From Thermoplasmata archaeon (GTDB taxonomy: Archaea; Thermoplasmatota; Thermoplasmata; Thermoplasmatales; Thermoplasmataceae): a DNA stretch of 41,917 nt. This document shows, piece by piece, positions 18,818-28,131 of the stretch (position 1 is the stretch's first letter; the number at the start of each line of letters is the position of its first letter). The translations under genes were made by a program, and so were the position numbers. The notes beneath the pieces were generated by a model, which saw only the letters and a program-made list of their open reading frames with translations, made no database searches and was not told the origin of the DNA. Location of the stretch: positions 1 to 41,917 of the forward strand of contig JAJYUI010000001.1 in NCBI GenBank assembly GCA_021792595.1, read 5' to 3'.

Positions 18818-19030
18818 GGTTTTCTTGAAGCACCAGAGATCAGGAGTCTATTTCAGAACATTAACTGGAGAAGATGGCTCAGATTCAATGTATCAGGCAT
18901 CGTGTATCTACACAATTTATGGTACCATTGCCTGTCATCATTTGCTGTTCTAAACATCAAATTTCCACCGCGAAATCCAATGTTTTTTTAACTTTCAGGC
19001 GCATTTTTAGTAATGTAGACGACAAAATAC

Positions 19031-19073
19031 TTTTAATACATCTTCTTTTCTAACCTTTACCTAAAAAAGGTGG
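19031..19073 (+). promoter_or_regulatory. Putative TATA box (TTTTAATA, 19031-19038) and RBS (AGGTGG, 19068-19073) of the radical SAM gene
   Basis: The TATA-like octamer lies 44 nt upstream of the ATG at 19083. The SD-like AGGTGG lies 9 nt upstream of the ATG. Confidence 0.4.
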
Positions 19074-19082
19074 TTAACAGAG

Positions 19083-20903
19083 ATGTTAGTTGCAGAAGAG
19101 ATAAAAAAGTTCGCAGACTACAGGTTTGCTTCAGACTTTGAGATCAGCAAGAATTCCCCGTTCAAGACTGTTGATGACTTTGTAAACAGTCTGGGACATC
19201 TTATCACTGATGACATGCTTCTTATCAGGGTGTCAGAAAGTCTCTGCCCTCTTTGCGCAGATGAGGAGAAGTTCGACCAGATGAGGATTCCATCCATCAT
19301 CTACGAGAATGCCGGCGAAGTCAAGTTGATAAAGGAATGCGCTGAGCATGGAATAACCAAGGAAAAGTACTGGGAAGACTATGAAATGTACCAGGAGGCC
19401 AAGAAGTGGCAGGACAAGGGAGTCAGGATACTGAACCCCAATGTTGCAATGCTGGAAGAGAAGATCGTGTGCCCTTCCCACTGTGGTCTTTGCGTAAAGC
19501 ATAAGTCGCACACGGGACTTGGAAACATAGTCGTGACAAACAGGTGCGATCTTTCTTGCTGGTACTGCTTCTTCTATGCGAAAGAAGACGAACCAATTTA
19601 CGAGCCATCCCAGGACCAGATCAGGATGATGCTCAGGAGAATGAGAAACGAGAAGCCGGTAGGAGCGAATGCAGTACAGATCACCGGTGGTGAACCCACC
19701 ATAAGGGACGATATCCTAGACGTCATCAAGATTGCAAGGGAAGAAGGATACGAACATATCCAGCTAAACACGAACAGCATAAGGGCTGCATTTGACCCGG
19801 ACTTCCCCAAGAAAGTGAGGGAAATTGGTTCAAATGTCATCTACACAAGTTTCGACGGCCCAACCCCCAGATCCAACCCCAAGAACTTCTGGGAGATACC
19901 TGCCGCCCTTGAGAACTACAAGAAGGCCCCATTGGGAGTCGTGCTTGTACCAACAGTCATTGGAGGAGTGAATGACCAGTACCTGGGAGACATCATAAAG
20001 TTCGGTCTCTCCAACATTGATTCTGTGAGAGCCGTTAACTTCCAGCCAGTCAGTCTTGTGGGCAGAATGCCTGACAGGATGAGGGAAAAGCAGAGGATCA
20101 CAATTCCAGGTGCCATCAAGAAGATTGAGCAGCAGACGGACGGCCTCCTAGGCAGGGAGGACTTCTTCACTGTTCCTTCCACCACAAAAGTCTCCAATTT
20201 CGTGGAGGCATTGAAGGGCAAGGACACATACAAGCTGTCGATCCACTTTGCCTGTGGAATGGGAACCTACATCTTCAAAGATGACGAGAAGATCATACCC
20301 ATCACCAGGTTCATAGATGTCCGTGGAATGTTCGAGTACATTGGAGAACTCGGAGACGAGATAAAGAGCTCTTCCTTCAAGAGAATGAAGAAAGTGGAAT
20401 CCACATCAAAGCTGCTTCTCAGCCTCAAGAAGTTTGTCGACTACGAGAGGGCCCCTAAGGACTTCAGGCTGAAGGACATGATCTATAATGCCTTCACTGA
20501 GGGAGATTACCACGGCCTCAAGGCTTTCCACTACAAGTCCATGTTCATAGGCTTCATGCACTTCATGGACCCATACACCTATGATGTTGACAGGGTGGAG
20601 AGATGTGATATCCACTATGCCATGCCGGATGGAAGAGTTGTGCCGTTCTGTGCATTCAACGTAATTCCTGAACTCTACAGGGACGCAACCCAGAGGAAGT
20701 ATTCGCTGCCCGCAAAGACATACGAGCAGAGAACTGGAAAGATCCTGAAGAAGGAGAAGTACTTCCGTGACTACACAATGGAAGAGAAAAGAAACATCAT
20801 TGCGTTCTACCAGAACAGCATTGGCAGAGAACTAAGGGAAGATGAGATCGGGCTTAACCTGGAGGAACCAATCCCAGTGATTTCCTCCGACAGGCCCGAG
20901 TAA
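19083..20903 (+). CDS. Radical SAM protein of the MJ0619/Tes (tetraether lipid synthase) family
   Basis: Has an N-terminal zinc-ribbon-like CPLC...CAEHG, a second Cys cluster CPSHCGLCVKHKSH, and the radical SAM motif VTNRCDLSCWYCF (CxxxCxxC). The segments ..ITGGEPT.., ..LVPTVIGGVND.. and ..NFQPVS..GR.. are colinear with my recollection of MJ0619-type proteins. Confidence 0.72.
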   Translation: MLVAEEIKKFADYRFASDFEISKNSPFKTVDDFVNSLGHLITDDMLLIRVSESLCPLCADEEKFDQMRIPSIIYENAGEVKLIKECAEHGITKEKYWEDYEMYQEAKKWQDKGVRILNPNVAMLEEKIVCPSHCGLCVKHKSHTGLGNIVVTNRCDLSCWYCFFYAKEDEPIYEPSQDQIRMMLRRMRNEKPVGANAVQITGGEPTIRDDILDVIKIAREEGYEHIQLNTNSIRAAFDPDFPKKVREIGSNVIYTSFDGPTPRSNPKNFWEIPAALENYKKAPLGVVLVPTVIGGVNDQYLGDIIKFGLSNIDSVRAVNFQPVSLVGRMPDRMREKQRITIPGAIKKIEQQTDGLLGREDFFTVPSTTKVSNFVEALKGKDTYKLSIHFACGMGTYIFKDDEKIIPITRFIDVRGMFEYIGELGDEIKSSSFKRMKKVESTSKLLLSLKKFVDYERAPKDFRLKDMIYNAFTEGDYHGLKAFHYKSMFIGFMHFMDPYTYDVDRVERCDIHYAMPDGRVVPFCAFNVIPELYRDATQRKYSLPAKTYEQRTGKILKKEKYFRDYTMEEKRNIIAFYQNSIGRELREDEIGLNLEEPIPVISSDRPE

Positions 20904-20905
20904 GA

Positions 20906-20934
20906 TTTTTTTCCCATCTTTTATTCCCTTTTTA
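20906..20934 (+). terminator. T-rich tract (T7, CTTTTATT, CTTTTTATT) after the radical SAM gene
   Basis: A T7 run at 20906-20912 and two more T4-5 runs fill the 31-nt gap before the archease start. This is compatible with an archaeal oligo-T terminator. It is ambiguous, because archease would then need its own promoter. Confidence 0.3.
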
Positions 20935-21351
20935 TTGAAATCCAGAATTTTTGAATTTCTTGAACATACAAGCGACCTTTTCGTCAGGATATATGCTGAC
21001 TCCGTGGAGAGCCTGATAAGGAACTGTGTCTATACGTTCCCCAGGCTTGTTCTCGATCATCCTGATGGAATACCTGACTTTACCCGCAGTTTGGACCTGA
21101 AAGGAGACACCCCGGAAGAAATGGTTCTCGATCTATTCTCGGAGTTGATCGTTGTGCTTGATTCAGAAAACGTGCTGATCAGCAATCTGGACAGTCTGTC
21201 CGGTTCAATGGATGATGGGTTTACTGCAATCCTTTCCGGCTTCCACCTGAAAGGTGACGAGGAATATTCAAACGTGATCAAGGCAGCCACCAGGCATGAA
21301 CTCCGTTACTACGAGGAAGATGGTTTCCTGACGGTACTCTTCGATCTCTGA
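20935..21351 (+). CDS. Archease (RtcB tRNA-ligase activator family)
   Basis: N-terminal ..FEFLEHTSDLFVRIYA.S.E.L.. and C-terminal ..IKAATRHELRY.. match the archease pattern. TTG start. Confidence 0.85.
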   Translation: MKSRIFEFLEHTSDLFVRIYADSVESLIRNCVYTFPRLVLDHPDGIPDFTRSLDLKGDTPEEMVLDLFSELIVVLDSENVLISNLDSLSGSMDDGFTAILSGFHLKGDEEYSNVIKAATRHELRYYEEDGFLTVLFDL

Positions 21352-21388
21352 AGAAAAAGGATAATACTTCTGTACATATGGGTCAGCA

Positions 21389-21934
21389 ATGGCTTCAATG
21401 GTACCCAGGAAGATATTCTTCACGAGGGGAGTGGGCAGGGGAGAGAGCATGCTTCAGTCCTTCGAGGAGGCGCTTAGGGATGCGGGCATTGCACAGTACA
21501 ACCTCTCCAGCATCAGCTCCATTTTTCCACCGAACTGCGAAGTGGTTTCCAGGTCAGAGGGTGTTTCGCTTCTTTCTGACGGACAGATACTGTTTTCTGT
21601 TCTTGCAAGGAACTCTTCCAACGAGCTTAACCGGATGATTTCAGCCGCCATAGGTTATGCAATTCCCAAGGACAGAAACAAGTGGGGTTACCTCAGTGAG
21701 CACCACAGTTTCGGGGAGACTGAAGGTACCGCAGGATACTTTGCAGAGAAGCTTGCAGCCGAAATGCTGGCGAGCACCATGGGACTCCAGAAGGAGCTGA
21801 AATGGGACGAGGCCAAGAAGGAATATGTTCTCGAGGACAAGATACTGACTACCAAGAACATATGCTCCACCGGTGTTGTCCTGAAGGCTGGGGAATGGAC
21901 AACTGCAGTGGCGGCAGCAGTCCTGATCACGTGA
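21389..21934 (+). CDS. pdaD: Pyruvoyl-dependent arginine decarboxylase
   Basis: ..[45 protein letters not shown].. matches PdaD, including the self-cleavage Ser-Ser region. Confidence 0.88.
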   Translation: MASMVPRKIFFTRGVGRGESMLQSFEEALRDAGIAQYNLSSISSIFPPNCEVVSRSEGVSLLSDGQILFSVLARNSSNELNRMISAAIGYAIPKDRNKWGYLSEHHSFGETEGTAGYFAEKLAAEMLASTMGLQKELKWDEAKKEYVLEDKILTTKNICSTGVVLKAGEWTTAVAAAVLIT

Positions 21935-21937
21935 GTG

Positions 21938-24673
21938 ATGCGGTTGAACTCTGAGATAGAGAAGAAGTGGCAGAAACTCTGGCGCGAGGCTGGGGCGTTT
22001 GAGCCTGATCCCGATGAAGGAAGGAAGAAATTCCTTATCACCGTTCCATACCCGTACACCAATGATTCTCTTCACGTTGGTCACGGCAGGACATATACAC
22101 TAGCTGACGTCGTTGCGAGGTTCCACAGGATCATTGGAGAGAATGTCCTCTTTCCAATGGCGTTTCACCAGAGCGGGACCCCGATACTTGCGTTTTCAAA
22201 GCGCGTGGCATCGGGAGACAGCAAGCTTATAACGCTTTACAGGGAACACCTGCAGGAATACGAGGCCTCTAGGGAACGGATAGATGAGGTGCTCGAATCC
22301 TTCAAGGAGCCGAGTGGAATTGCGGATTACTTTTCCGAAGTCATAATCAACGATTTCACCAGGCTGGGTTTTTCTATTGACTGGAGAAGGAGGTTCAACA
22401 CCGCGGAACCAATCTACCAGAATTTCGTCACGTGGCAGTTCCTGAAACTGAAGGAGCTCGGCATGATCAAGCAGGGAGATTATCCCGTACTTTACAGTGC
22501 AGAGGATGAGAATGCCGTAGGAGAAGATGACATAAAGGACGGGGACACCGACAAGGTCTCCATTGAGGAACTGACTGTCGTTCTTTTCAGTGGGCCTGAT
22601 TACGACCTGGCAGCGGCCAGCCTGAGGCCGGAAACCATCTATGGGACAACAAACCTCTGGATCTCTGGAAATGGAGATTACGTTGTAGTGAACTGGGGTG
22701 GCAGAAGAACCGTGGTTGCCAGGGAAGCTTATGAAAAGATAAAACTGCAGGAACCATCGGTTGAGATCATCGGGGAGATAAACAGGGCTTCCATTCTTGA
22801 GGCAAGATTCAGGGTCCCGTTTTCCGGCGTGGAGGTGCAAGCCTATGAATCTCCCGTGGTTGATCCATCATTCGGGACGGGCGCTGTTTTCTCCGTTCCC
22901 GGTCACTCGATCATGGATTACTTCGCCATACGGGAAGCGGGGCTCCCCTTCAAGCCAGTGAGTATAATTGACATGCCGGAAGGATCTGATTCGGTCGGGT
23001 CCCTGACTTCATCCATGGATATTCACGGGCTCTCCGAGAGCAGCAAGCTGCAGGAAGCAACACAGATCATCTACAAGGCTGAATATTATGCAGGCAGGAT
23101 GAACAGCCTGAATGGAAGCTATTCTGGTATGACCGTCCGGGAGGCAAGAGACAGAATCAGGAAAGATCTCTTTGAGTCCCGCCTGGGCCATTCTGTGTAC
23201 GAAACAAGCAGGAAAGCTGAAACCAGGGGAGGGGCGAGGGTCGTTGTAGCAATGTTGAAGGACCAGTGGTTCATAGATTACTCGCTGGAATGGCTCAAGA
23301 AAGCCACCCATGAGCTGGTAGACAGGATGTCATTCTTTCCAGAGATATACCGAAAGCCAATGCACGACGCCATAGACTGGCTCAGGGAAAGGCCGTGCGC
23401 CAGAAAGAGAGGACTTGGCACCAGGCTGCCATTCGACCAGGAGTGGATAATTGAGTCTCTTTCTGACTCCACTATATACATGGCACTTTACACGATGATA
23501 GCCCCGCTGAGAAAGATCCATGAAAAGATTGGGGACGTGCCACCTGAGATATTTGATCACGTGGTTTACGGAATGCCGCTTTCCGGGTATGATGAAGTCG
23601 ATGCTGAACTCAGGGAAGCCCGGCTTTCGTACAGTTACTGGTACGGTGTGGACACAAGGATAACTGCAGTACCTCACCTGTCAAATCACCTTGCGTTCTT
23701 CCTGATCAACCATGCAGCAATGTTCCCGCCCGACCGCCAGCCCAGGGCGATTGGGATCAGTGGAATGGCCGTTTCAAAAGGGGCAAAGATCGGCAAGAGC
23801 AAGGGAAACGTTGTCTCCCTTATCGGAACATGCAACAAGTACTCAGCGGACATTTACAGGCTGTTCATGGCATCTTCCGCTGACTTCTCTTCCGTGATAG
23901 ACTGGAACGAGGACGATCTTGCCGCACTCATGAGGAAGTATGACCAGTTCATCTCCATCCTAGATGCATACAGGAGCGAGCCTGGTGACAGAGGATCGTT
24001 TGCAGCCAGATGGTTCAACGCGTCGTTCAAATCCCGGATTGCAAGATTCATTGAAGCCATGGAGGAGTACAGGATCAGGGACGCCGTCGTATCAATATTT
24101 TTCGAGGTCCTGAACGATCTGAAGAATGCTGAATCAATGGGAGCACCGAGAAACAGCCTCCTTGGCGGGATTATGGAACAGTGGCTTACAGCTCTTTCCT
24201 GCGTGGTGCCCCACGCCGCAGAGGAGTACTGGCACAGGTTAGGAAATGACACGTTCATCAGCCTCAATGTCCTGGACAGGCCAGGGCAGGAAGAGGAGGA
24301 CAGGGTTGCACTTGAGTCAGAGAAATACCTCAGGAAGCTCATTGAAGACATCAGGGAGATCATGAGTGCGACCGGAAAGTCATTCTCCAGGGCAGAGGTG
24401 AGGGTGGCTGGTACTGAGCACACCGAGATTGCAAGGGCATTGATGAACAACAACAGGGACTCGGTTCCTGCCGAAAAGAAGAGGGTAGTGGGAGATTTCA
24501 TGAAGGTCAGGAAGAGCGTTGTTTTCCACGGCTTCAATGAGCTTGAAGTCATAACTGACGGGCTAGGAATAATCCAGAACGCGCTTGGAATTGAAGTGAC
24601 GGTGTCGGAGTCTGAGGTCGATGTGTCTGGAAGAAATCCCTGGCCGGGAAGGCCTCTTGTCAACCTCTCCTAA
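21938..24673 (+). CDS. leuS: Leucine--tRNA ligase (archaeal type)
   Basis: ..PYPYTNDSLHVGHGRTY.. (HIGH-type motif) and ..KIGKSKGN.. (KMSKS-type motif). The ATG at 21938 lies 1 codon after the GTG at 21935, which directly abuts the pdaD stop. Confidence 0.95.
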   Translation: MRLNSEIEKKWQKLWREAGAFEPDPDEGRKKFLITVPYPYTNDSLHVGHGRTYTLADVVARFHRIIGENVLFPMAFHQSGTPILAFSKRVASGDSKLITLYREHLQEYEASRERIDEVLESFKEPSGIADYFSEVIINDFTRLGFSIDWRRRFNTAEPIYQNFVTWQFLKLKELGMIKQGDYPVLYSAEDENAVGEDDIKDGDTDKVSIEELTVVLFSGPDYDLAAASLRPETIYGTTNLWISGNGDYVVVNWGGRRTVVAREAYEKIKLQEPSVEIIGEINRASILEARFRVPFSGVEVQAYESPVVDPSFGTGAVFSVPGHSIMDYFAIREAGLPFKPVSIIDMPEGSDSVGSLTSSMDIHGLSESSKLQEATQIIYKAEYYAGRMNSLNGSYSGMTVREARDRIRKDLFESRLGHSVYETSRKAETRGGARVVVAMLKDQWFIDYSLEWLKKATHELVDRMSFFPEIYRKPMHDAIDWLRERPCARKRGLGTRLPFDQEWIIESLSDSTIYMALYTMIAPLRKIHEKIGDVPPEIFDHVVYGMPLSGYDEVDAELREARLSYSYWYGVDTRITAVPHLSNHLAFFLINHAAMFPPDRQPRAIGISGMAVSKGAKIGKSKGNVVSLIGTCNKYSADIYRLFMASSADFSSVIDWNEDDLAALMRKYDQFISILDAYRSEPGDRGSFAARWFNASFKSRIARFIEAMEEYRIRDAVVSIFFEVLNDLKNAESMGAPRNSLLGGIMEQWLTALSCVVPHAAEEYWHRLGNDTFISLNVLDRPGQEEEDRVALESEKYLRKLIEDIREIMSATGKSFSRAEVRVAGTEHTEIARALMNNNRDSVPAEKKRVVGDFMKVRKSVVFHGFNELEVITDGLGIIQNALGIEVTVSESEVDVSGRNPWPGRPLVNLS

Positions 24674-24818
24674 TCTCAAGGCTTGAAGGGCCAGGATTTT
24701 GAATGCCCGATGGGGACCTTTCCGCATGCAAGGGACTTGTGTTGCCTTTGGAAGAAATTTATTGAGAGTGGATTGGAAGCTGGTTCCAGCCCGACTCTCC
24801 AGGTCTATATGCCTGTTC

Positions 24819-25625
24819 TTATCTGCCGTGGGCACCGGCTTTCTTGTTCTCGTTGAAAATGTCCACTGCCTCTTTTACGGTGGCTTTCTCGTGGACAATT
24901 GACCTTATGGCCTTGATCATCGCCACGGGGTGGTCATTCTGCCATATGTTCCTCCCCATGTCAACGCCGACGGCACCCTCATCCAGGGCATTGTGAACAA
25001 GATTGAACACATCTGTTTCAGTGTTCAGTTTTGGTCCTCCCGCCACGACAAGCGGGACTGGAGAACCGTTTGCCACCTTGCTGAAATTCTCGCAGTAGTA
25101 TGTCTTCACTATCCTTGCGCCTATCTCGGCTCCAAGCCTGCATGCAAGTGCAAGATACTTGGCATCCCTCTTCTCTAGTTCCTTCCCGACGGCGGTAATT
25201 GCCATGACGGGCATTCCGTAGTCCTCACCCTCGTCGACCAGTCTTGAGAGGTTGACAAGGGACTGCTTCTCGTGAGGTGTTCCCACGAATATTGATATCG
25301 CTACAGCCGCGGCGTTCAGCCTCAGAGCTTCCCTCATTGACGTCGTGATTTCCTCGTCACTGAGGTCTTCTTTCAGTATACTCGCCCCACCTGAAACACG
25401 AAGGAGGATCGGAGTGTCCCACTTCGGATCCACTGACGTCCTCAGTACCCCCCTTGTAACAGCGAGAGTGTCTGCATAAGGGATAAGCGGATCAATGGTT
25501 TCACGCGGATTTTCCAGTTTTCGTGTGGGCCCCATGAAATACCCGTGATCGCATGCAAGCATCACTGATCTTCCAGTTGTCGGCTTTATCATTCTTGAAA
25601 TTCTATTGCTCATTCCCCAGTCCAT
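24819..25625 (-). CDS. Class I aldolase of the DhnA/FbaB family (archaeal FBP aldolase or ADH synthase-like)
   Basis: 268 aa with ..MLACDHGYFMGP.., ..IVKTYY.. (Schiff-base Lys context) and ..VVAGGPK..GVDMGRNIWQ... The family is clear. The exact substrate cannot be told from the sequence. Confidence 0.8.
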   Translation of the reverse strand: MDWGMSNRISRMIKPTTGRSVMLACDHGYFMGPTRKLENPRETIDPLIPYADTLAVTRGVLRTSVDPKWDTPILLRVSGGASILKEDLSDEEITTSMREALRLNAAAVAISIFVGTPHEKQSLVNLSRLVDEGEDYGMPVMAITAVGKELEKRDAKYLALACRLGAEIGARIVKTYYCENFSKVANGSPVPLVVAGGPKLNTETDVFNLVHNALDEGAVGVDMGRNIWQNDHPVAMIKAIRSIVHEKATVKEAVDIFNENKKAGAHGR

Positions 25626-25852
25626 TTTTTTCCCTCATTACTATGGTTCCTCTTGATTTGGTTGCTGTGTAATAACTTTTCTGGCTCTTCCCAGATACAT
25701 GTGGTCAGATTCGTAATCATTTTTGCAGATATTGCCTCATGAGGCATACCTGCAGGTAGTACGGGGAACTTCTGAGGCTGAAACCTCCCCGGATAGTGGA
25801 GAGGACAGTCATTGATTTCGCAAAGAAGAGAGCTGACTTATAAGTATCCTGC

Positions 25853-26709
25853 GTGAGAGGGAGAGTGAAATGCCCGTTATGCGGACAGGAATGCATGATG
25901 CATGATCATGCCGATGAACATGTATGGCAGGCCCCTGACAGTATTGACTTCGCAACATTACTGCATTCCGCGCCTCCCGGGATATACTGCTGTGATCATG
26001 GCATAGCCCTGGTTGAGATGCCATGGTCGGATCGGAGTTCAAAGTTCACTGCAAGATCCGGGACCATGGACATCCTGATCTCAGCAGTCGTGAAGGGCGC
26101 TTCCTGGATCCTTTGAATAACATATAGCGAGACATGGCACATCATGCAGAAAACGATCGGCAGGGACAGGCGTTGACGAGAAGCCCTGTGGGAAGCACCA
26201 CCTTCATGTCACGATTGTTTACCATCCGGGAAACCGGAGTGGATCACGTTGAATTCGGAGGGAAACAGGAGTCCATTGACCTCGATTACGTAAAGATGGG
26301 AGAGGATGAGGATTCGAAGATTGTGTTTGACAGGCGTAGATAACAGTTGATTTTCCGCATTAATGGAGGCAAAACTGAAGCGTTCAGGTTTAAACTCCCC
26401 GTATATCCTGACGGCAGGGAGATTGTACCTTTCGATCACATCCCTCCCCGGCGGCAGGAAGGGCACAAGCAATCCGTTGCACCTGGGTTCAGTATGATAT
26501 CCCGGCTTTTTTGCGATCGCCATGATTGGACAGGAATCGCCTGCGTTTACACATGTCAAGGGAAAGTGATCTGGCACTTCCTCAGGCAGGCGATAAAAGA
26601 TGTTGATGACCGTTTCCCCAATCTAAGAATGGAAAGGGAATCACTGGGAGCAAACAACAAGTATGGTGTGGAGAGTTGGAAAGACTCTATCGAAAGAATC
26701 GGATCATGA
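25853..26709 (+). pseudogene. ISL3-family transposase, heavily decayed (three reading frames, in-frame stop, 3'-truncated)
   Basis: Frame A (25853..26116) has a zf-ISL3-like N-terminus: KCPLCGQEC..HD..(x)..YCCDHGIALVEMPWSDRSSKFTARS. A different frame at ~26169-26222 encodes GVDEKPCGKHHLHVTIVY, which matches the GiDE..kgh.Y.Tvv first catalytic-D region. A third frame (26134..26709) is interrupted by a TAA at 26341-26343 and contains ..DVDDRFPNL.. (cf. DRFH). Confidence 0.55.
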
Positions 26710-26781
26710 TTCAAAGAACTTATTGAGAATTCCGGCAAAAATGTGCTCAAGTAACGCACAGAGTCTGCATCATGAGACTTG

Positions 26782-28131
26782 TCAGAGCGTTTGTCGTTCC
26801 ATCGTTTGGCTGGATTCTTGACAACCATGGCATGCTGAAGCTCTCCCGGGACTCCGATCTTTACCGCTACGGACGGTTTTGGCCCGATGCAATATTGACT
26901 CGAGGAGAAATCTAACCCTGTTTTGATTTGTGAAGAGTTCAATGAAGTGGATGAACCATGCAATTCCTCTACCCAGAGGGCCGGCCAGGACTCTATTTTT
27001 TGGCCCTATGAAAAGGGAATCCTGGCCAAGAGGGATCACGTGCCCGAAGTTCCTGTATCTGAACACTTCCACTTCATTGTGCTTTCCTTGGAGAATTGAA
27101 TTTGCAATGTGCCTGGCCAGGAATTTCCCCTCCTGAACGGCCACAGATGCGTTCTCGGCCAGTATCTTTCCATCTCCCACTATGGGGGAGGCGATATCGC
27201 CAATTACATAGGCATTCTTGATCCCGGGGATTTCCAGCCTGGCATTAACCACTATTCTGCCGCCTTCGGTTTGAAGAATGCCCTGGGTACCAAACATCCA
27301 GGTGTTTGGCCTTATTCCTGCAGCCCAGATGATCGTTCCGCTATGCAATATCTCGCCACTGCCCAGGAGTATCCTGCTGCCGTCTATATTCTTGACATTT
27401 ATGTTAGTACGATACTCAACACCCTTGCTCCTCAGAATTCTCTGCGAAATCTCTGACACCTCATCAGGTTCCCTGGACAGTATCCTGCCGGATGCTTCAA
27501 GCAGGATAATCCCAGGAGAATCCTTGGATGTCGTCCGCCCTATTTCCATTAGCCTTTCGGCAAGGAATGAGGCGGCCTCTACGCCCGTCTGCCCTCCGCC
27601 GATAACAGTTATCTGGTAATGGGACTTGTCTGGATTCTCCCAGATAGTTTTGGATCTGAGCAATTTTTCTGCTACCACAGAGGCATCTTCAACATTTCTG
27701 AGAGAGATGACATTTTCTCCTGAGATCGATATGCCATGGAGGTTGTCAGAGGACCCTGTTGAAAGAACCATGATGTCATATCCTATCTCTCTACCTTTCA
27801 CGGAGACTTTCCTCGCTCTCATGTCAATCCCGTCAACCCTACCAAGCATGAATCTGAATCCAAGCACCTTTCCCAGGCTTTCAATGTCGGCAGAAGCAGA
27901 TTCAACTGAAAGCCTCGAGACAGCAAGTTCGGGGAGAAGTGGAGTAAAAGTGATATAACGCCGGTCGCTGATAACCAGGATATCCACATCCTGCATCCCT
28001 TTGCGCCATGATCTCCTCCTCATTTTTTTACAGAAGGAAAAACCTCCAAAGCCGAATCCTACAACCACTATTCTTGTCACAGGGTGGGTAAAGTAGTGTC
28101 CACTCCCAATATGGCTAATCATGTTTATCAC
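26782..28131 (-). CDS. Type II NADH dehydrogenase (NDH-2) family flavoprotein
   Basis: Two dinucleotide-binding motifs (..IVVVGFGFGG.. and ..ITVIGGGQTGVE..), plus ..IIWAAGIRPN.. and ..AYVIGDIAS... Its ATG overlaps the TGA of the upstream TPP enzyme (ATGA). The last ~35 aa look non-conserved. Confidence 0.78.
   Translation of the reverse strand: MINMISHIGSGHYFTHPVTRIVVVGFGFGGFSFCKKMRRRSWRKGMQDVDILVISDRRYITFTPLLPELAVSRLSVESASADIESLGKVLGFRFMLGRVDGIDMRARKVSVKGREIGYDIMVLSTGSSDNLHGISISGENVISLRNVEDASVVAEKLLRSKTIWENPDKSHYQITVIGGGQTGVEAASFLAERLMEIGRTTSKDSPGIILLEASGRILSREPDEVSEISQRILRSKGVEYRTNINVKNIDGSRILLGSGEILHSGTIIWAAGIRPNTWMFGTQGILQTEGGRIVVNARLEIPGIKNAYVIGDIASPIVGDGKILAENASVAVQEGKFLARHIANSILQGKHNEVEVFRYRNFGHVIPLGQDSLFIGPKNRVLAGPLGRGIAWFIHFIELFTNQNRVRFLLESILHRAKTVRSGKDRSPGRASACHGCQESSQTMERQTL

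Noticed and set aside
22196-24663. Long minus-strand ORFs (214 aa and 269 aa, plus shorter ones) inside leuS
   Set aside because: They are antisense shadow ORFs of a Glu/Lys/Arg-rich gene, with Ser/Leu-rich products and no family resemblance. The leuS frame explains the region completely.
25683-25690. GGCTCTTC ~170 bp upstream of the ISL3 transposase relic, reminiscent of ISL3 terminal repeats
   Set aside because: It is only an 8-mer, and the same or complementary octamer occurs by chance in unrelated genes of this window (e.g. ~17324 and ~18153). No matching right-end repeat was found.
26209-26963. Minus-strand ORFs of 122 aa and 135 aa across the ISL3 relic and the NDH-2 3' end
   Set aside because: They have no family resemblance. 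They overlap plus-strand transposase fragments or the NDH-2 frame and are best explained as chance ORFs in decayed DNA.
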